From Octopus sinensis (Eukaryota), in the NCBI RefSeq assembly GCF_006345805.1, contig NC_043002.1, forward strand, positions 57,908,001 through 57,972,000: DNA of 64,000 bases, given 5' to 3'. Position numbers and translations under genes: made by a program. Every line of letters begins with the position of its first letter. Position 1 is the stretch's first letter. The notes under the pieces were generated by a model. That model was given only the letters and a program-made list of their open reading frames with translations, searched no databases and had not been told where the DNA came from. Of the stretch, positions 41,270 to 55,005 are shown piece after piece.

Positions 41270-41792
41270 GTGCTCTCTCTCACTCTCGTGCTCTCTCTCA
41301 CTCTCGTTCTCTCTCTCTTCTTCTCTCTCTCGCTCTCGTTCTCTCTCTCTCTTGCTCTCGTTCAATCTGTCTCTCCTCTTCTCTCACTCCTCTTCTCTCC
41401 CTCACCTCTTCCCTCTCTCCTCTCTCTCTCTCTCCTCCTCCCTATCGTTATCTTTCTCTTCCTTATCTCCCGTTTTGTCCCCTTCTCTCTCTGTCCTTAT
41501 TTCTCTCCTCTCTTCCCTTCTCTCTCTCCTTTCTCTCTAGTTACCCCCTTCTTTCTCTCCTTCTCTCCTCTCCCCTTGTTTCTCCTTCTCTCTCCTCTCA
41601 TCCCTTATCTCATTCTCCCCTTCTCTCTCGTTCTACCCTACCTCTCCTATCTTCTCGCTCTTCTCTGTCTCTCTCTCCTTCTCTCCCACTGTTTCTCCTT
41701 CTCTCTCCCCTTATCGCATTCTCCCCTTCTCTCTCGCCCTCTCTCCCGTTCCACCGTCACTCTCTCCCCCTCTCTTTCTCTCTCTCTCTCTG

Positions 41793-41851
<59 letters not shown>

Positions 41852-41860
41852 GTCTGTCTA
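41180..41860. repeat. Long CT-rich pyrimidine tract
   Basis: Degenerate (CT)n; accounts for the Leu/Ser-rich ORF 41147-41863. Confidence 0.9.
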
Positions 41861-42956
41861 TAATTTGATGATGTAGCTGTTTGGTCTTCCCGTACGTAAC
41901 CAATACATTTGCTACAAACGCCAAACATTGACCGATTACAACGTCTGCAATCAACAGACGCTGCCTGACCAAGATTTACCATGGAATATATTCAGGGGTG
42001 GGGGAAGATCCGTGTCATGTCTGGTGGCTGTAGAATTTTGTTCTTCGACGATCTCGGGGGCCATAATCCTATTCCAAAAGACACTACTACTACTACTAGT
42101 CGTCGTCGTACTCATAGTCGTTGACGTCATGATCAACTCCATCACCAGCATCCTCAGCATCATCTCCATAATCATCATCGTCATCATCATCATCGTTGTC
42201 ACCGACATCATCAGCATCATCATCTCTATAATTACTATCACATCATCATCACAGTCGTTATTGTCATTGCCATCGACGTTTACATTTTAATCCTTTTGCT
42301 CCTCCTCCACCTTCCTCCCATTCCTTTTCATTCTCGTCCTCCCCTTCACCATCACCATCCACTTTCTTCTCCTCCTCCTACATCCTCCCTCTTCTTCCTC
42401 CCAACCTCCCCATCACCATCCACTTTCTCCTCCTCCTCCTACATCCTCCCTCTTCTTCCTCCCAACCTTCTCCACCTCATCGTTCTCCTACTCCACCTAC
42501 CTCTTCCACCTTCTCGTCATCGTCATCATCACCATCGTCTTCCTCCTCCTCCTCCTCATTATCATCATCATTATCAGCAACAATCCATTATCGTCTCCAA
42601 CGTCGTTATCTGACACTGCTATTAATTACCCCTGTGTAAAAGGGATTCCACAACCACCTCCGCCATGACCATCACTATCGACATGTCCCTCCTTCTCCTA
42701 ATCCTCCTCCTCATCGTCCCATCCCCCACCTACAAACCTACCACTACCACTACCACCACCACCAGCGCCGCCGCCGGCACCATCATCACTATCGTCGCTA
42801 TTTTTCTAGGCATTCAATCTTATTACATTACCGTCAACACCAGAAATATCTCCTTTATAATAACAATGGCAACGGTGGTGGTGGTGTTGATGGTGGTAAT
42901 TGGAGGCGGTGGTGGTGGTGGTGGTGTTAATGAAAATCCCCCTTCTCTCTCGTTCC

Positions 42957-43056
42957 NNNNNNNNNNNNNNNNNNNNNNNNNNNNNNNNNNNNNNNNNNNN
43001 NNNNNNNNNNNNNNNNNNNNNNNNNNNNNNNNNNNNNNNNNNNNNNNNNNNNNNNN
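42957..43056. other. Assembly gap (100 N)
   Basis: Run of n followed by (GAA)n. Confidence 0.98.
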
Positions 43057-43152
43057 GAGAAGAAGAAGAAGAAGAAGAAGAAGAAGAAGAAGAAGAAGAA
43101 GAAGAAGAGAAGAAGAAGAAGAAGAAGAAGAAGAAGAAGAAGAAGAAGAAGA

Positions 43153-43591
43153 AATTGACATGAGTATTCCCTGTGATCACAATATAGCGGCGAAAGAATT
43201 TAACAAGATTAGTAAATATAAAGACCTACTAATAGAAATTGAAAAAATGTGGCATCTCAAGGCGACTACAGTACCAGTGATTGTAGGATCTCTAGGAATG
43301 ATAAAAAAAGGTATTGAAAATGATTCCAGGCTTACCATCCCTACAAGAAGTGCAAAAAATCGTATTATCTGGAACGGCTCATGTACTAAGAAGAGCACTA
43401 TCGCTGTGAAAATAACATTCATCCATAAATTTATTTATTTATTAATTTTTAAATACATATTTTATCTGTAAATTTGCCCGTGTAATCTGGGAATGCATAC
43501 AATGCCCTTCTCTGCCCTAGGTGTATGGAAAACACTCGGCGAGAAACGGAAGAAAATTTGAAGAAAGAAGGAAAAATCATAATGATAATAA

Positions 43592-43640
<49 letters not shown>
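43153..43640 (+). mobile_element. 3' end of an R4/Dong-like LINE (restriction-like endonuclease domain) ending in (TAA)n
   Basis: IDMSIPCDHNIAAKEFNKISKYKDLLIEIEKMWHLKATTVPVIVGSLGMI; after a frameshift, PSLQEVQKIVLSGTAHVLRRALSL*; then 3' UTR and (TAA)n. Confidence 0.8.
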
Positions 43641-43641
<1 letters not shown>

Positions 43642-43671
43642 GCTAGGTTTGGCACAATATCTTGTATGAAA

Positions 43672-43890
43672 TATGGCGAGGAGCTCGCAGAAAAGTTTAG
43701 CACGATGGGTGAAATGCTGAGCGGTATTTCATCTGTCTTTATGTTCTGAGTGCAAATTCCGTCGAGGTCGACTTTGCCTTTCATCCTTTCGAAGTCGATA
43801 AATTAAGTACCAGTCGCGTACTGGAGTCGACGTAATCGACTGGCCCCCTCCCCCAAAATTTCGGGTCTTGTACCTAGAATAGAAAAGAAT
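43672..43890 (+). mobile_element. SINE family B, full length
   Basis: Head through tail TAGAATAGAAAAGAAT. Confidence 0.85.
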
Positions 43891-44287
43891 ATCGTGTATG
43901 AAATACCAATAACAATTAACAATAGAATTGAAGAATAAACATTTCCAAAATTGGGGAGTTCCTCTCAGGGACAACCGAGGAGCGCTACACATCCTGGTCA
44001 CACTGACCACCAAAGACAACTGAGGCAGGCACCTCACTCTCTCTCGACTCCTATGAACTACAAGTGCAAGTTTAGAATAGCCGCATTCCAATAATAAAAC
44101 TGTGTGTATGCATTAATGTGATCTAACTTACACTTAGGGAATATCAACAAACTCATACACAAAAGGCTCTTTCAGGAAACGTTAATTGTTGGTGCTTTGT
44201 GTTTGTAGATAACATCTGCGTCACTTTAGACTAGGGACATGAGAATAGTATTACCGGAAAGAATTTCTCATCCATCCAGTGTGTGTG

Positions 44288-44321
<34 letters not shown>

Positions 44322-44322
44322 T

Positions 44323-44379
<57 letters not shown>

Positions 44380-44630
44380 CAGGCAGAGAGACACCCGCAC
44401 ATATATGGGATTGGTAAATCAAATAGAAAAAATAGAGCTCATGTTTTGAATTCAGCAGAAGTAATTAAATGACTCGTCGTCCGAGCATTTCAAAGCTAAG
44501 AGTACTAATCTCTCGACTTTTGAATCATTCTTTAATTTCTGGCCATTAGATGTTTATAACTATCTATCTATCTATCTATCTATCTGTATATACATACATA
44601 CATATTTATATATATATATATATATAATAT

Positions 44631-44673
<43 letters not shown>

Positions 44674-44967
44674 TATATATATACAGATATATATATCTGC
44701 ATGTATGAATTTATGCAGGCATGCATGTAGTGCAGTAATGCAATAAGAGCAGTGTTTAATTGGTTTCAAGTTTTGGCACAAAGGCAATTTTGTCATTTTC
44801 GGGTGTGGGGATATACCAAGGGTGCAAAAATAGGTATACAGCGAGTATCACATCAATGTTATTATAGTTAATTCATTAAAATCATTAGCACAATAAATTA
44901 GTTAGCCTCGTTTTTCATATATTCAATGTCATTAATCAAAATAATACATTTATCATAACTGCAATCC

Positions 44968-45165
44968 TTTCTGCTGGAAGCACAAGGGATTACATTTGGG
45001 GGAAGAGATTAAGTCAATTACATCGATCCCCCAGTGCGTAACTGGTACTTGATTTACCCACCCCGAAAGGATGAAAGGCATTTGAGCTCAGAACGTAATG
45101 GCAAACGAAATACCACTAAACATTTCGTCTGGCGAGCTAACGATTCTGCCAGCTCGACGCCTTTG
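44968..45165 (-). mobile_element. SINE family B
   Basis: Ends in GCCAGCTCGACGCC. Confidence 0.75.
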
Positions 45166-45409
45166 TATATCATAACTATAATGATACTTTTATGTTAACT
45201 TGTAATTTTTTTGGTAAAGATGAGTATTATATGCGTTTTCTTTTTTCGTAACTGCGTACCTACTTTTGCAACATCCTGTATATTAGAAAAGAAACAGAAA
45301 CTCTTAATAAGCAATAGTTTTAACTTTGAGCATTTTACAGAGTAGGAATGTCCACTCAAAACACTATTAACTGAGAAACTGAGATTTGGATATCTTTATC
45401 ATAATCACT

Positions 45410-45850
45410 TGGGCGGCAAACTAGAAGAAGCCTTACCGTACCGGACAAAATGCTTAGCGGTATTTCCTCCGTCGCTTTACGTTCTTCCCATCGATGTTAA
45501 ATTTGCTTTTCCTTCCCTCCAGAGTCGATAAAATCAGGCTACCAGTCACTGAGATCAATGTAATCGAATTCCCTCATCCCACACCTCACACCCTCAAAAT
45601 CTCTGGTCTTGAAACCCGCAACGACCAGCGCTTCGTTCAGTGATATATTGGCTTCAAACTTTGGCACAGGGCCAGCAAATTTGGGTTAGGGGGGAGTTGA
45701 CTGCATTCACCACCAGTTTTCAACTAATACTTATTTTCTCAAACACGAAAGGAAAGAAGGTAAAGTCTACGTTGACAAAATTCGAATTTAGAACGTAAAG
45801 ACGGACGAAATGCCGTTAAGTATTTTGATCGACGTGCTAACGTTTCTGTT
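45410..45850. mobile_element. Two degenerate SINE family B copies tail to tail
   Basis: + copy at 45410-45610 and - copy at 45645-45850. Confidence 0.6.
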
Positions 45851-45925
45851 GTCAGCTGACCACATTTTTTTACAGGAATATTGTGATTTCGGTTAATTAT
45901 AGGCCATGGAAACCGAGATATGCTA

Positions 45926-46270
45926 GCATGGCTGCAGTTTGATGACTGAAACAAATAACAGATAAATGATAAGTGATATATCTGTAAGCAATCAAAACAG
46001 CCATCTTAATTTCGAGTCGAATGCTTCACAAGTATATTTTTTCTAAAAATATACGATACCCTTGGATTCTACAGTTAGTAAATCCGTATAAATCACAACT
46101 TTTTCCCTAAAACCCCAATAAAAACCACATTTCTTCCACTAAGTCTTCAGTTTTATCTTATCTTTCTCTTTTATATCTTTTATCTTCAGTTTTCTTTCTC
46201 CTTTTCTTTTTCTTTTTTTTGTTAGAAGTTTGAAGGCATGTTCCAAATTCTATATATTTTCTTTTCTTTA
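45926..46270 (+). repeat. Diverged duplicate of 54967-55302
   Basis: Shared SINE tail plus GATATATCTGTAAGCAATCAAAACAGCCATCTTAATTTCGAGTCGAATGCTTCACAA and ~250 bp further. Confidence 0.8.
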
Positions 46271-46657
46271 AAACTTATAAACTCTTATTTAAATTGGGCA
46301 TAAGGTAAATACCATCGATCCTATGACAAGTAGTCTGTCACTTTTCAACTCCATCACCATTAAATCTCACTCTCTCTGTGTCTAGAATGTTCCATTCCCT
46401 GTTCATTGTTGATATATTGAAACTATAGAACTTCCTGTTGGTTTTTTTTTCTCAAGAAATGCCATCTAATTCCGCTTCTTTTAGTTGTATTTCACTTTGG
46501 ATTTGATTGATCCAAAGATAACAGGCATCTCCTGATCTCAGCACCTGTCACAAGTCTTCTACTCTCTTATATTTATATGTCACATGGCAATCTGTCAATG
46601 CAGACATTTTTAATATTTCGAGATAATAAAAAGTGGACAATCTTATAAGAGAATTAC

Positions 46658-46826
46658 CAGGCTCAGGCTTGGCTGTGTCGTTAGAAGATTACTGCCCAGC
46701 AACGCAACATAGTTATGGCTCGGTTCTTCTGCCTGATAACTTGGGTGCCTCCTACTAAAAGCCTCGCGTTAACTGATGCCTTATGCGGGGATTTGGTAGC
46801 CGGAAACTGAAAGAGGCCCGTCGTGT

Positions 46827-46896
<70 letters not shown>

Positions 46897-47140
46897 CACG
46901 CATGCGTGTGTGTGTGTGTATTTACCCCACAACTCCTTGAAAACCGGTGTTGGTATGTTAACATCCTCATAACTTAGCGGTTCGGGAAAAGAGAATAATA
47001 GAATATGTACCTGGCTTTATAAAAATAATAATTATTACTATTGTTATAAGCACTGGGGGCGATTCGTTTGACTAAAATTCTTCAACACGGTGCCCCAGCA
47101 TGGCCGTAGTCTTATCACTGAAACGAGTAACAAGTAAAAG
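46658..47140 (+). mobile_element. SINE family A
   Basis: Head-to-tail match with an internal (TA)n(TG)n tract. Confidence 0.8.
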
Positions 47141-47936
47141 ACACATTAAAATCGTTATTTCATATTTTAGCCAGCTTTCAGTAATAGCATTTCGTCGAAG
47201 CCTGTAAGAGCTTATGTGAAACCGAGTACAATATATTTGAGATAACTTAGTAATTTTAATAATTATTCTTATTAATGCTAACATATTTGCGCTCTTGTTT
47301 AGACTCCAAGCAATGTTGCTGCTGTCGGTATAATATTGTGCGTAAGATTTGTGCTACAAGACAGGAACATTAGTGAAAGACATTATAACGCAGCGTAAAC
47401 ATTCTTAATCTTTAAAAGTTCTTCGCTGGAATACCTAGAAGCACTTGTAATATTCAGAAAATCTCTGCACAACTGTTCGACATGTTAGAAGTAGTAGTCA
47501 AATCTACTCCACCCAAATATGTATGTATGTATGTAACTATGTATGTTAGGTAGGTAGGTGTGTAATGTGTATGCGTGTAAGCTCCTGGTGTCTGTGTAGA
47601 TATGTATTACGTAATTGTGTATGTACATTCGTATCTTTTTGTCGATGTATATCTGCGAAGAAAGTATAAACATCAACAAGGAAACTAACAAACAGTTCTA
47701 TATCGAATGAAATATCTTTTTATATTTGTTCTGCTTGCGTTACTCAAACACTCCCTTGTCACTGTCTCCCTTTCGAATTCATCGAACCGTTGTAAACCTG
47801 AAACGTTGTTCAAAAACTCATATATACACACACAAACACACACACACACATACACACACACACACACACACGCGCACACACACACACACACATATATAGG
47901 CAAACGTTTGTATGTGTGTGAGAGAGAGTGTGTGTG

Positions 47937-47980
<44 letters not shown>

Positions 47981-47984
47981 TATG

Positions 47985-48142
47985 CGCCATGATAGATCGG
48001 TAGCCACTACACACATTTTTTCTCTCCTTGTTTTTTCTGTGTCCCTTTCTGTAGAAGAGCGCAGGCTCAAAACGTAAAAGAATTTTTCAATTCTTGAGCG
48101 TTATACTAATACATCTGTTTTTTTTTTTCTACACCACCTGTC
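47985..48142 (+). mobile_element. Penelope-like terminal repeat fragment containing an HHR
   Basis: Contains the 48045 motif; the downstream GAGCGTTATACTAATAC resembles the corresponding flank of the 27 kb and 56.5 kb copies. Confidence 0.55.
48045..48080 (+). ncRNA. Minimal hammerhead motif, decayed core (same family as 27404)
   Basis: CTTT CTGTAGA A GAGC GCAG GCTC AAAA CGTA AAAG. Stems intact; core positions A6 and G12 altered. Confidence 0.6.
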
Positions 48143-48153
48143 ATATATACATA

Positions 48154-48392
48154 TTGGGTTAGTGCATAATTATTGCGGCTTTTCTTTTCAACAAATTTTA
48201 GTTAACAAAAACAATAACATGTAACAAAAACATCTTTGAATGATTATTCCGGAGCATATTCACCATCTACTTCAATTTCTGCATCGCATTTGCTTGGCAG
48301 ACCGTCATTTAAAGATGTTTTTGTTAAATATTGTTATTGTTTTTATTGAATAAAATTTGTTAAAAACATCCGCAATAATTATGCACCAACCA
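48154..48392. mobile_element. Mariner-derived MITE with ~100-bp inverted arms
   Basis: TIR TTGGGTTAGTGCATAATTATTGCGG / CCGCAATAATTATGCACCAACCA with TA flanks; resembles Hsmar1/MADE1-type TIRs. Confidence 0.8.
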
Positions 48393-48401
48393 TATATATA
48401 T

Positions 48402-48435
<34 letters not shown>

Positions 48436-49559
48436 ATATATATATATATATACGCGCACCTACATTCAAAGTGATATCCAAAAAATTAACTTTATATAAA
48501 TGGTGAATTTCCTCTCTAATCTTCAGGTGTGAGATTCTTCTGAAACAAGTCTAATTGTCGAGTATTATTCGCATTACGTGTGATAATGAATCCGTTATCT
48601 CGATATAAATCTTACTGTAAGTGATTAAACTGATTACGTAATTAATGCAAAACATGACCAACCACCTTACATATTTCCGAAGAGTCTTGGCGCCCCTTCA
48701 CCATATATCAAATTATTTAGCGCCATTATTCTCCGCTCGTGGATCGTTAGTGAAATAAAGCGGTGGCGCATTTCTTTTGTGCTTTTTATATTAAAATGTA
48801 TTACGTCGTTGCTTTAATCAGCGACTGAAATACAATTCTTGATGAAGAATAATGAATTCTTTGATCAAAGATTTAATTATGGAAGGATAAAATTCATTGG
48901 TATCACACACAAATATGCTATAGCGCCTAGACATACACATACACATATTCATATTACAGGCATATGTTTATATACCTGTCACATATATATACATACACAC
49001 ATACATACATTTATATTTCTACCAATAATAATTGATGCACTGGGGGTTTTTGTGAGTAAACGACTAAATGGCAGTCGAGATAAGCTTCAATTTTCAGAAA
49101 AATAAATCAACCAGCATCGCAAATGCAATCTGTAAGTGGAATCGAACCATTTTGCAAGACTTTTCTCAAGTTTAAAAAGTGACATTGTTTTCGTTATCTA
49201 CATTCCAACGATGAAGATTACGATCTTTGTTAGAAACCAGATTCTTTCTCAGAGGAAGAATTTATATAATTAAAAAGAGGAGAGAACATACATACATACA
49301 TACATACATACATACATACATACATACATACATACATACATGCATACATGCATGCATGCATGCATACATACATACATACATACATACATACATACATACA
49401 TACATACATCATACATACATACATGGTAGCTGTCTACTCCCCGTGCAGAGTATTTACACCTTAGATCTATCATGGAGTCTGATTTGGGCTTTTAAACCCG
49501 ACAATATTTTGAAAAGAGACCCACATAAATTGTACATATGCTTTGGATCCACATGAATT

Positions 49560-49960
49560 TTATATCTGCTTTGGATCACCAAAAAGTACTGTTCTGATCT
49601 TTATGGATCTTAAGATGTCTTTTAAGGCCTCCGTTAGATTTGCAGATCTTATACCATAAACGGCATTGACAGGTATGCACAGATAGATAGTCGGAGTAGT
49701 AGTCGGTTTTCATGGGTCTGCAAAAGAGATTTGAGCTCAGCAGAAGCAAGGTATAGTCTGTCGCAAATTGTGCCCACAAATAGATTGTTGGGACTTACTT
49801 TCTCGCTGGTCGTAACATTTAAAAAAAAATTTCTTTTGAGTTTCGTAGAGGTCACCCTGGCTTTTTCAAATGATGTCACTCTATCCTACACTTGCTCAAT
49901 CTGAAGCAAGGGTTTCTATGGCCTTTGGATCCATTCCAAGTGACTTCATGTTAGTCTTTA
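49560..49960 (-). pseudogene. LINE ORF2 C-terminal remnant (RTE-like) with two decayed C2H2 fingers
   Basis: FEKARVTSTKLKR..ICDRLYLASAELKSLLQTH and CRLWYKICKSNGGLKRHLKIH in adjacent frames. Confidence 0.55.
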
Positions 49961-50145
49961 TATAGTTATTAAACCTCTTTTTAGGTTTACACTGATTGTG
50001 TTTCCCTTCCGCAAGTTCGCCATAAAACTACATACATATATACATACATGCATGCATACATACATACATACATACTACATACATACATACATACATACTA
50101 CATACATACATACATACATACATGCTTGCATACATACACGCATAC

Positions 50146-50521
50146 ACGCGAGGAGGTACCCCAAAACAGCTGGGAACGTGCTAAGTGAGACATGCTCGTT
50201 GTAGTTCGGGCTTCCACCGCCAGAAACCACTTGATGCGATCCTCAGGCATCACTCTGCCAATCGGCGTCTTCGGCTGCAGCTGTACTGCCACGTTGTGCG
50301 TCTTTGTTTTGCAGTGTTTCTCCCCTGTTCGTTTTTTTTTTTGATGGTTGAAACGAAGGGACAACGTGCTTCCGTGACATTTCTTCCTGGAAAAAAGCCG
50401 GCTGAAACAGTTGTCATGCCTCAAACAGCTTACAAGGACACTGACATGAGTAAAACAAATTTTCACGCTTTATGGAAGGTCACTTGTCGGTTGAAGACCA
50501 ACCTCGTTCAGGGCGACCGAT
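50146..50521 (+). mobile_element. Mariner 5' fragment
   Basis: MVETKGQRASVTF..KPAETVVM..AYKD and ..SVEDQPRSGRP (HTH end motif). Confidence 0.7.
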
Positions 50522-51934
50522 CTCACTCTCTCTCTCTCTCTTATGCTAGAAATAGCGGATCTATTTCTAGCATAGGGGTGTCCACATAGTGGTTTCTCTC
50601 TAATATGTGTGTGTATATATATATATTGGCTAGAAAATTGGAAGGCCTCCCATGTGATTTGGACGGGAACTCACACTCCTTCTTTAAACATGATGAATGT
50701 ACTACTATTGGACCACAGGAATCGTTCGATTAAAACGTCCTTTCAAAGTTTCTAACTTTTTATGACGTCAACGACATATGATTCTTACTGGCAAAAGCAA
50801 AATTTCTAGAACGGATTGTGAAATTCGTAAAATTGCTTTGCTCCAATGGTTGAACATCTGTCATGTTTACAGAGTCTGTGGGCTTAAATCCAACTGGTAG
50901 CCTTCGACTTTTTCTCCCCCAAATGATTTTAACCCAATGATTTATATGTTACTATCTACTGCTTTATCTTCTTCGAATTCCACCGTTAAAACGAATTATT
51001 GCACGTATCTCGAAGTTCCTTTGTTCTTATGACGTAAAATACTTATATCGATAATTAGATATTTGAAAATATTTTAGTAGCTAGAAGCAGGACTTAGAAT
51101 AATAAAAAAGCTGCCCGCTGTGCATTCTGTTATTTCTATAAATCTTTTCCTTGAAGGCTTATTAAATTTTTATATTCATTTTTTTTTCTTTTCGAATGAC
51201 AGGTATTATGTATTTGATTGAAAATGAAGGAAAGGGAATATATAAACTATTTAAAGACCATCTGCTAGATGAAGATGGAGTTCTATTTTGATTATCGATT
51301 AGTATTACTGGGTCACTTAGGGGTTCATCCCAAAACCGCCAGTGACCAATTTCTATGTTGAACACACGTTTATTATCAAAGCTAATTTTCAGCTAATATT
51401 AATCCTTTTGGTTTTGTTATGACTGCAGGACGTTGTCTTTGCCTATTTCCCTCTCCAATAAATCATCTTATATTTATTTTATTTATTTATTTTTGGCAAT
51501 GCAGATCTGATTAGTTTATTCTCTAAAAATGAAAACACTGAAAGCCGATTGAAGTTTAATCTTAAAACATTTTGTTATTAAAATAAATAGCTAAATAACT
51601 AAATATAAACCAGAAGGAATGAACACGTGAAAAACATCGTAGAAAACAACATTTATCGCAAGAACAGGAAACTGTTCAGATTTATAGATATTTCATTTAA
51701 GGGATTTCAAATATATATTTGAATTTATTTATTTAAATATTTCATAAATTGACGGAATAGTCCAATAACTGTTCAATACCTAATTATTGATTCGTTGGAA
51801 CATGGCTGCATCTCCATGTATTTGATTTGTTATTGCCGCTTTTATAGGAAATAAGCCACAGAAAACTTGATCGGAATTCGATCTCTGGCCACAGACGTTT
51901 CAGACATAGCCATTCTGACATTTTAATGGGTTGT

Positions 51935-52095
51935 GTATCCATGGCTGTGTGTTAAGAAGCTTGCTTCCTAACCACATGATGCTGAGTTCAGTTCTGCTGC
52001 GTTACATCTCGGGTAAGATTCTTCTACTATAGCCTCGGGCCGACCAGGGATTTATGAGTGGATTTAGTTGACGGATTTTGAAAGAAGCCCGTCGC

Positions 52096-52130
<35 letters not shown>
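51935..52130 (+). mobile_element. SINE family A, 5' half
   Basis: ATGGCTGTGTGTTAAGAAGCTTGCTTCC..GAAGCCCGTCGC, followed directly by a maT element. Confidence 0.75.
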
Positions 52131-52136
52131 AACACA

Positions 52137-52904
52137 AGCTGCGATGGGTGAATTGTTGCCATTTTATATTTTTACATTCACGTATGTACATTCTTTGTTT
52201 TTGATTTTGTTGAGTACACATTATAGTATGGTCAGTTGGGCATCATCTGTAAGAAAAACAGCACCGTGATGCAATTCACTCAACCATAAATTTGGAAATG
52301 ATATGCAGTACTGCTTGGAATTCGCACCGGAGGCTCCAATACGAACAGATGGTGAACACGTAGAACAACCGTTGATTTGCCGTGTCCCCAAAACATATAA
52401 CGGGAGTGATGAAAATCAAACATCCAATCAACATCATGGTGACGTTATGCCGCCATTCAACTTCCCACACCGCCTCAGACCCAATACGGAGACCTACATC
52501 AAGTACCTGGAGGAGGTAGTAGGAGAACTCAATCATGGGTGTTAGATAATTTCTACGACCACATCACCCCTAATATCTGGCCATCTAACTCCCCAGATTG
52601 CAACCCCCTTGATTATTGTGTGGGGTGCAGTTGGGCGAGAGACCAACAAAACTCCTTGTAGCACCAAAGATGAACTGAAGGCAAGGATTATGGCAGCATT
52701 CACAGTCCTCCAGAAAAGTTGCAGGTGTTTCCGAAGTCGTCTGGAGGCCATAGTTAAAGCCAATAACAATTTTATTAAATAAATTTACTCTTTCGTATTT
52801 CAAGATTTTTATGTAATTTTGGTAAATATACCTGTTAATATGAGATGTCGGGGTTAATTTTCATTTCTGCGTAATTTAGATGACAATATATTCACCACAC
52901 CCTG
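52137..52904 (+). mobile_element. Second internally deleted copy of the DD37D element
   Basis: Homologous to 30660-31445; WPSNSPDCNPLDY; right TIR ..CACCACACCCTG-TA. Confidence 0.85.
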
Positions 52905-52910
52905 TATATT

Positions 52911-52941
<31 letters not shown>

Positions 52942-54025
52942 ATGTATGTATGTATATACATGTGTGTGTGCGTGCGTGTATGCGTGCGTGTGTGTGTACG
53001 TGTGTGTGTGGTACGTGTGCATGCGTGTGTGAATGTGTGTATTGCATTATTATATATTCTTATCTGAACATTGAATTGCATCGTACTAATGAGAGAGGAG
53101 TGCCCAATACATGTTGTAAAACATATGGCTAATTGAAACGAATGTTTATCTCACGACTCGAGTATGATGCCACCGCATACACAATCGACAACAATGAGTG
53201 TGCTCATAAAGCTAATTAATCTGTGACTGAGACTGACAATGGTAAAGGAGTCCTAAACATTCTCTGTTCGATTAAACTCTACAAGCATATTAGATCAGGT
53301 TGCCTGAGATGCATGCAGGGCAACGAAACAATTCTTCAGCCCTTACCCTATATGTGAATATTGCTGTTCTCAATCGAATCCATAATCAGCATTTTTAATC
53401 TCCCATTTTATAGATTATAGTTTTATGATTAGTTTTTTTTTTCTCATAAAGCCGCATTTCTTTAACTATATAATTACTGCATTCTTATTTTCTTATATTT
53501 CGTACCATTTGACTCTTTTTCAACTGATGCAATTTTCCTTATCTTCTATCCACTGCCTTTTTCCAACCATGTTTTGTATCTAATTACTTCATTATCAAAA
53601 GAAAACGTTTTGCTCCTTTTAATCTGTTCCTTGATGCGATTTTAAAATATACTCGTGTTTTTATTGAGTATTTTCTAAATCCTACCGTAATTATTTTATT
53701 TCTCTATTTATATGGATTCTAACTGCCATTTAGTTTAAGATAATTACATCCTGTCGAGATCTAACTTACACTACTGTATTCCAAATTCTATCTTAAGATT
53801 CCTTATTTTCATGATTTTTCTGTTTAGTCTTACATCACTTAATTTCCAATTTGACGGTTAACTTCATTCGAAATGTCTTCGTTTGTTCTGTTAGATTTCG
53901 TATATCTGTATAATCGTGCTGCCAGGAATTTAGTACGGGGTACACCATGTTGATAAACATTTCAACTGTAAACGTATGGTAAGCACCACTCCAAGACAAT
54001 AGCTAATATCTTACCGATTTTTTTA

Positions 54026-54425
54026 AGGCGGCGAGCAGGCAGAATCGTTAGCACTTCGGGCGAAGTGCTTAGCGGTATTTCGTCTGCCGTTACGTTGTGA
54101 GTTCAAATTCTGCCGAGGTCGACTTTGCCTTTCATCCTTTTGGGCTCGATAAATTAAGTACCAGTTACGCACTGGGGTTGATGTAATCGACTTCATCCTT
54201 TTGTCTGTCCTTGTTTGTCCCCTCTATGTTTAGCTCCTTGAGGGTAATAAAGAAATAGGTATTTCGTCCGTTTGCACGTTTTGGGTTCAAATTCTGCCGA
54301 GGTCGACTTTGCCTTTCATCCTTTCGGAGGTCGATAAATTAAGTACCAGTTGAACACTGGGGTCGATGTAATCGACTAGCACCCTCCCACAAAATTCCTG
54401 GCCTTGTGCCAAAATTCAAAATTTA
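54026..54425 (+). mobile_element. SINE family B tandem dimer
   Basis: TTCAAATTCTGCCGAGGTCGACTTTGCCTTTCATCC occurs twice (~54105, ~54288). Confidence 0.85.
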
Positions 54426-54660
54426 AAACCGATACCATAACAATCTTTCCCCTTACCATTATGGTTGAGATCGGAGCACATCGTGCGTCTGGTACTGAAG
54501 CATTTATCAAAAATGGTGAATCTGGGTTCTTTTGCTGCATCTTGTATAATTTTACTCTATTCTACACAAACCATTCCTCGATATAATTTCTTTGATTTAT
54601 CACTCTCTTATCGCACCAAAGTTTTTAAATTGTTAATAAGCCACCCATATATATATATAT

Positions 54661-55005
54661 TTCTCAACCGTACAGTTCCACTGTGTGGCATCGTGGTCAA
54701 GTGCCTTCTGTTATATTCTCGAGTCGACCAAAGCCTTGTAAGAAGTGTTGGCTAACAGAAACTGAAAGAAACCCGTTATGTATGTGTGTGTGTGTGCGTG
54801 TGTGTATGTATGCGCGCGCGCGTTCGTACCCTCTTACATTTGACAGCCGGTATTGGTATGCTTACGACCCTGTAACATAGCAGCTCGGCGAGAGAGAACG
54901 ATATAATAATATCAAATCGAAGTAGGGTCGATTGGTTCAACTAATATTCTTCAAGGTGTTGCTCCAGCATGGCCGCAGTTTAATGACTGAAACAAGTAAT
55001 AGATA
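54661..55005 (+). mobile_element. SINE family A
   Basis: Body and tail motifs present. Confidence 0.75.

Noticed and set aside
41147-41863. 238-aa Leu/Ser-rich ORF
   Set aside because: Translation of a (CT)n tract.
42360-42470. ~60-bp tandem duplication in a CT/CCT-rich tract
   Set aside because: Ordinary slippage in low-complexity DNA near a gap.
42665-43471. 268-aa ORF crossing the gap
   Set aside because: Artefact joining low-complexity sequence, Ns, (GAA)n and a LINE fragment.
48528-48617. Plus-strand AG..GTAAGT exon-like segment
   Set aside because: Stops in all frames and no other support.
49576-49779. C2H2 finger suggesting a zinc-finger gene
   Set aside because: The fingers are degenerate and frameshifted and preceded by LINE C-terminal-like residues; better explained as a retrotransposon remnant.
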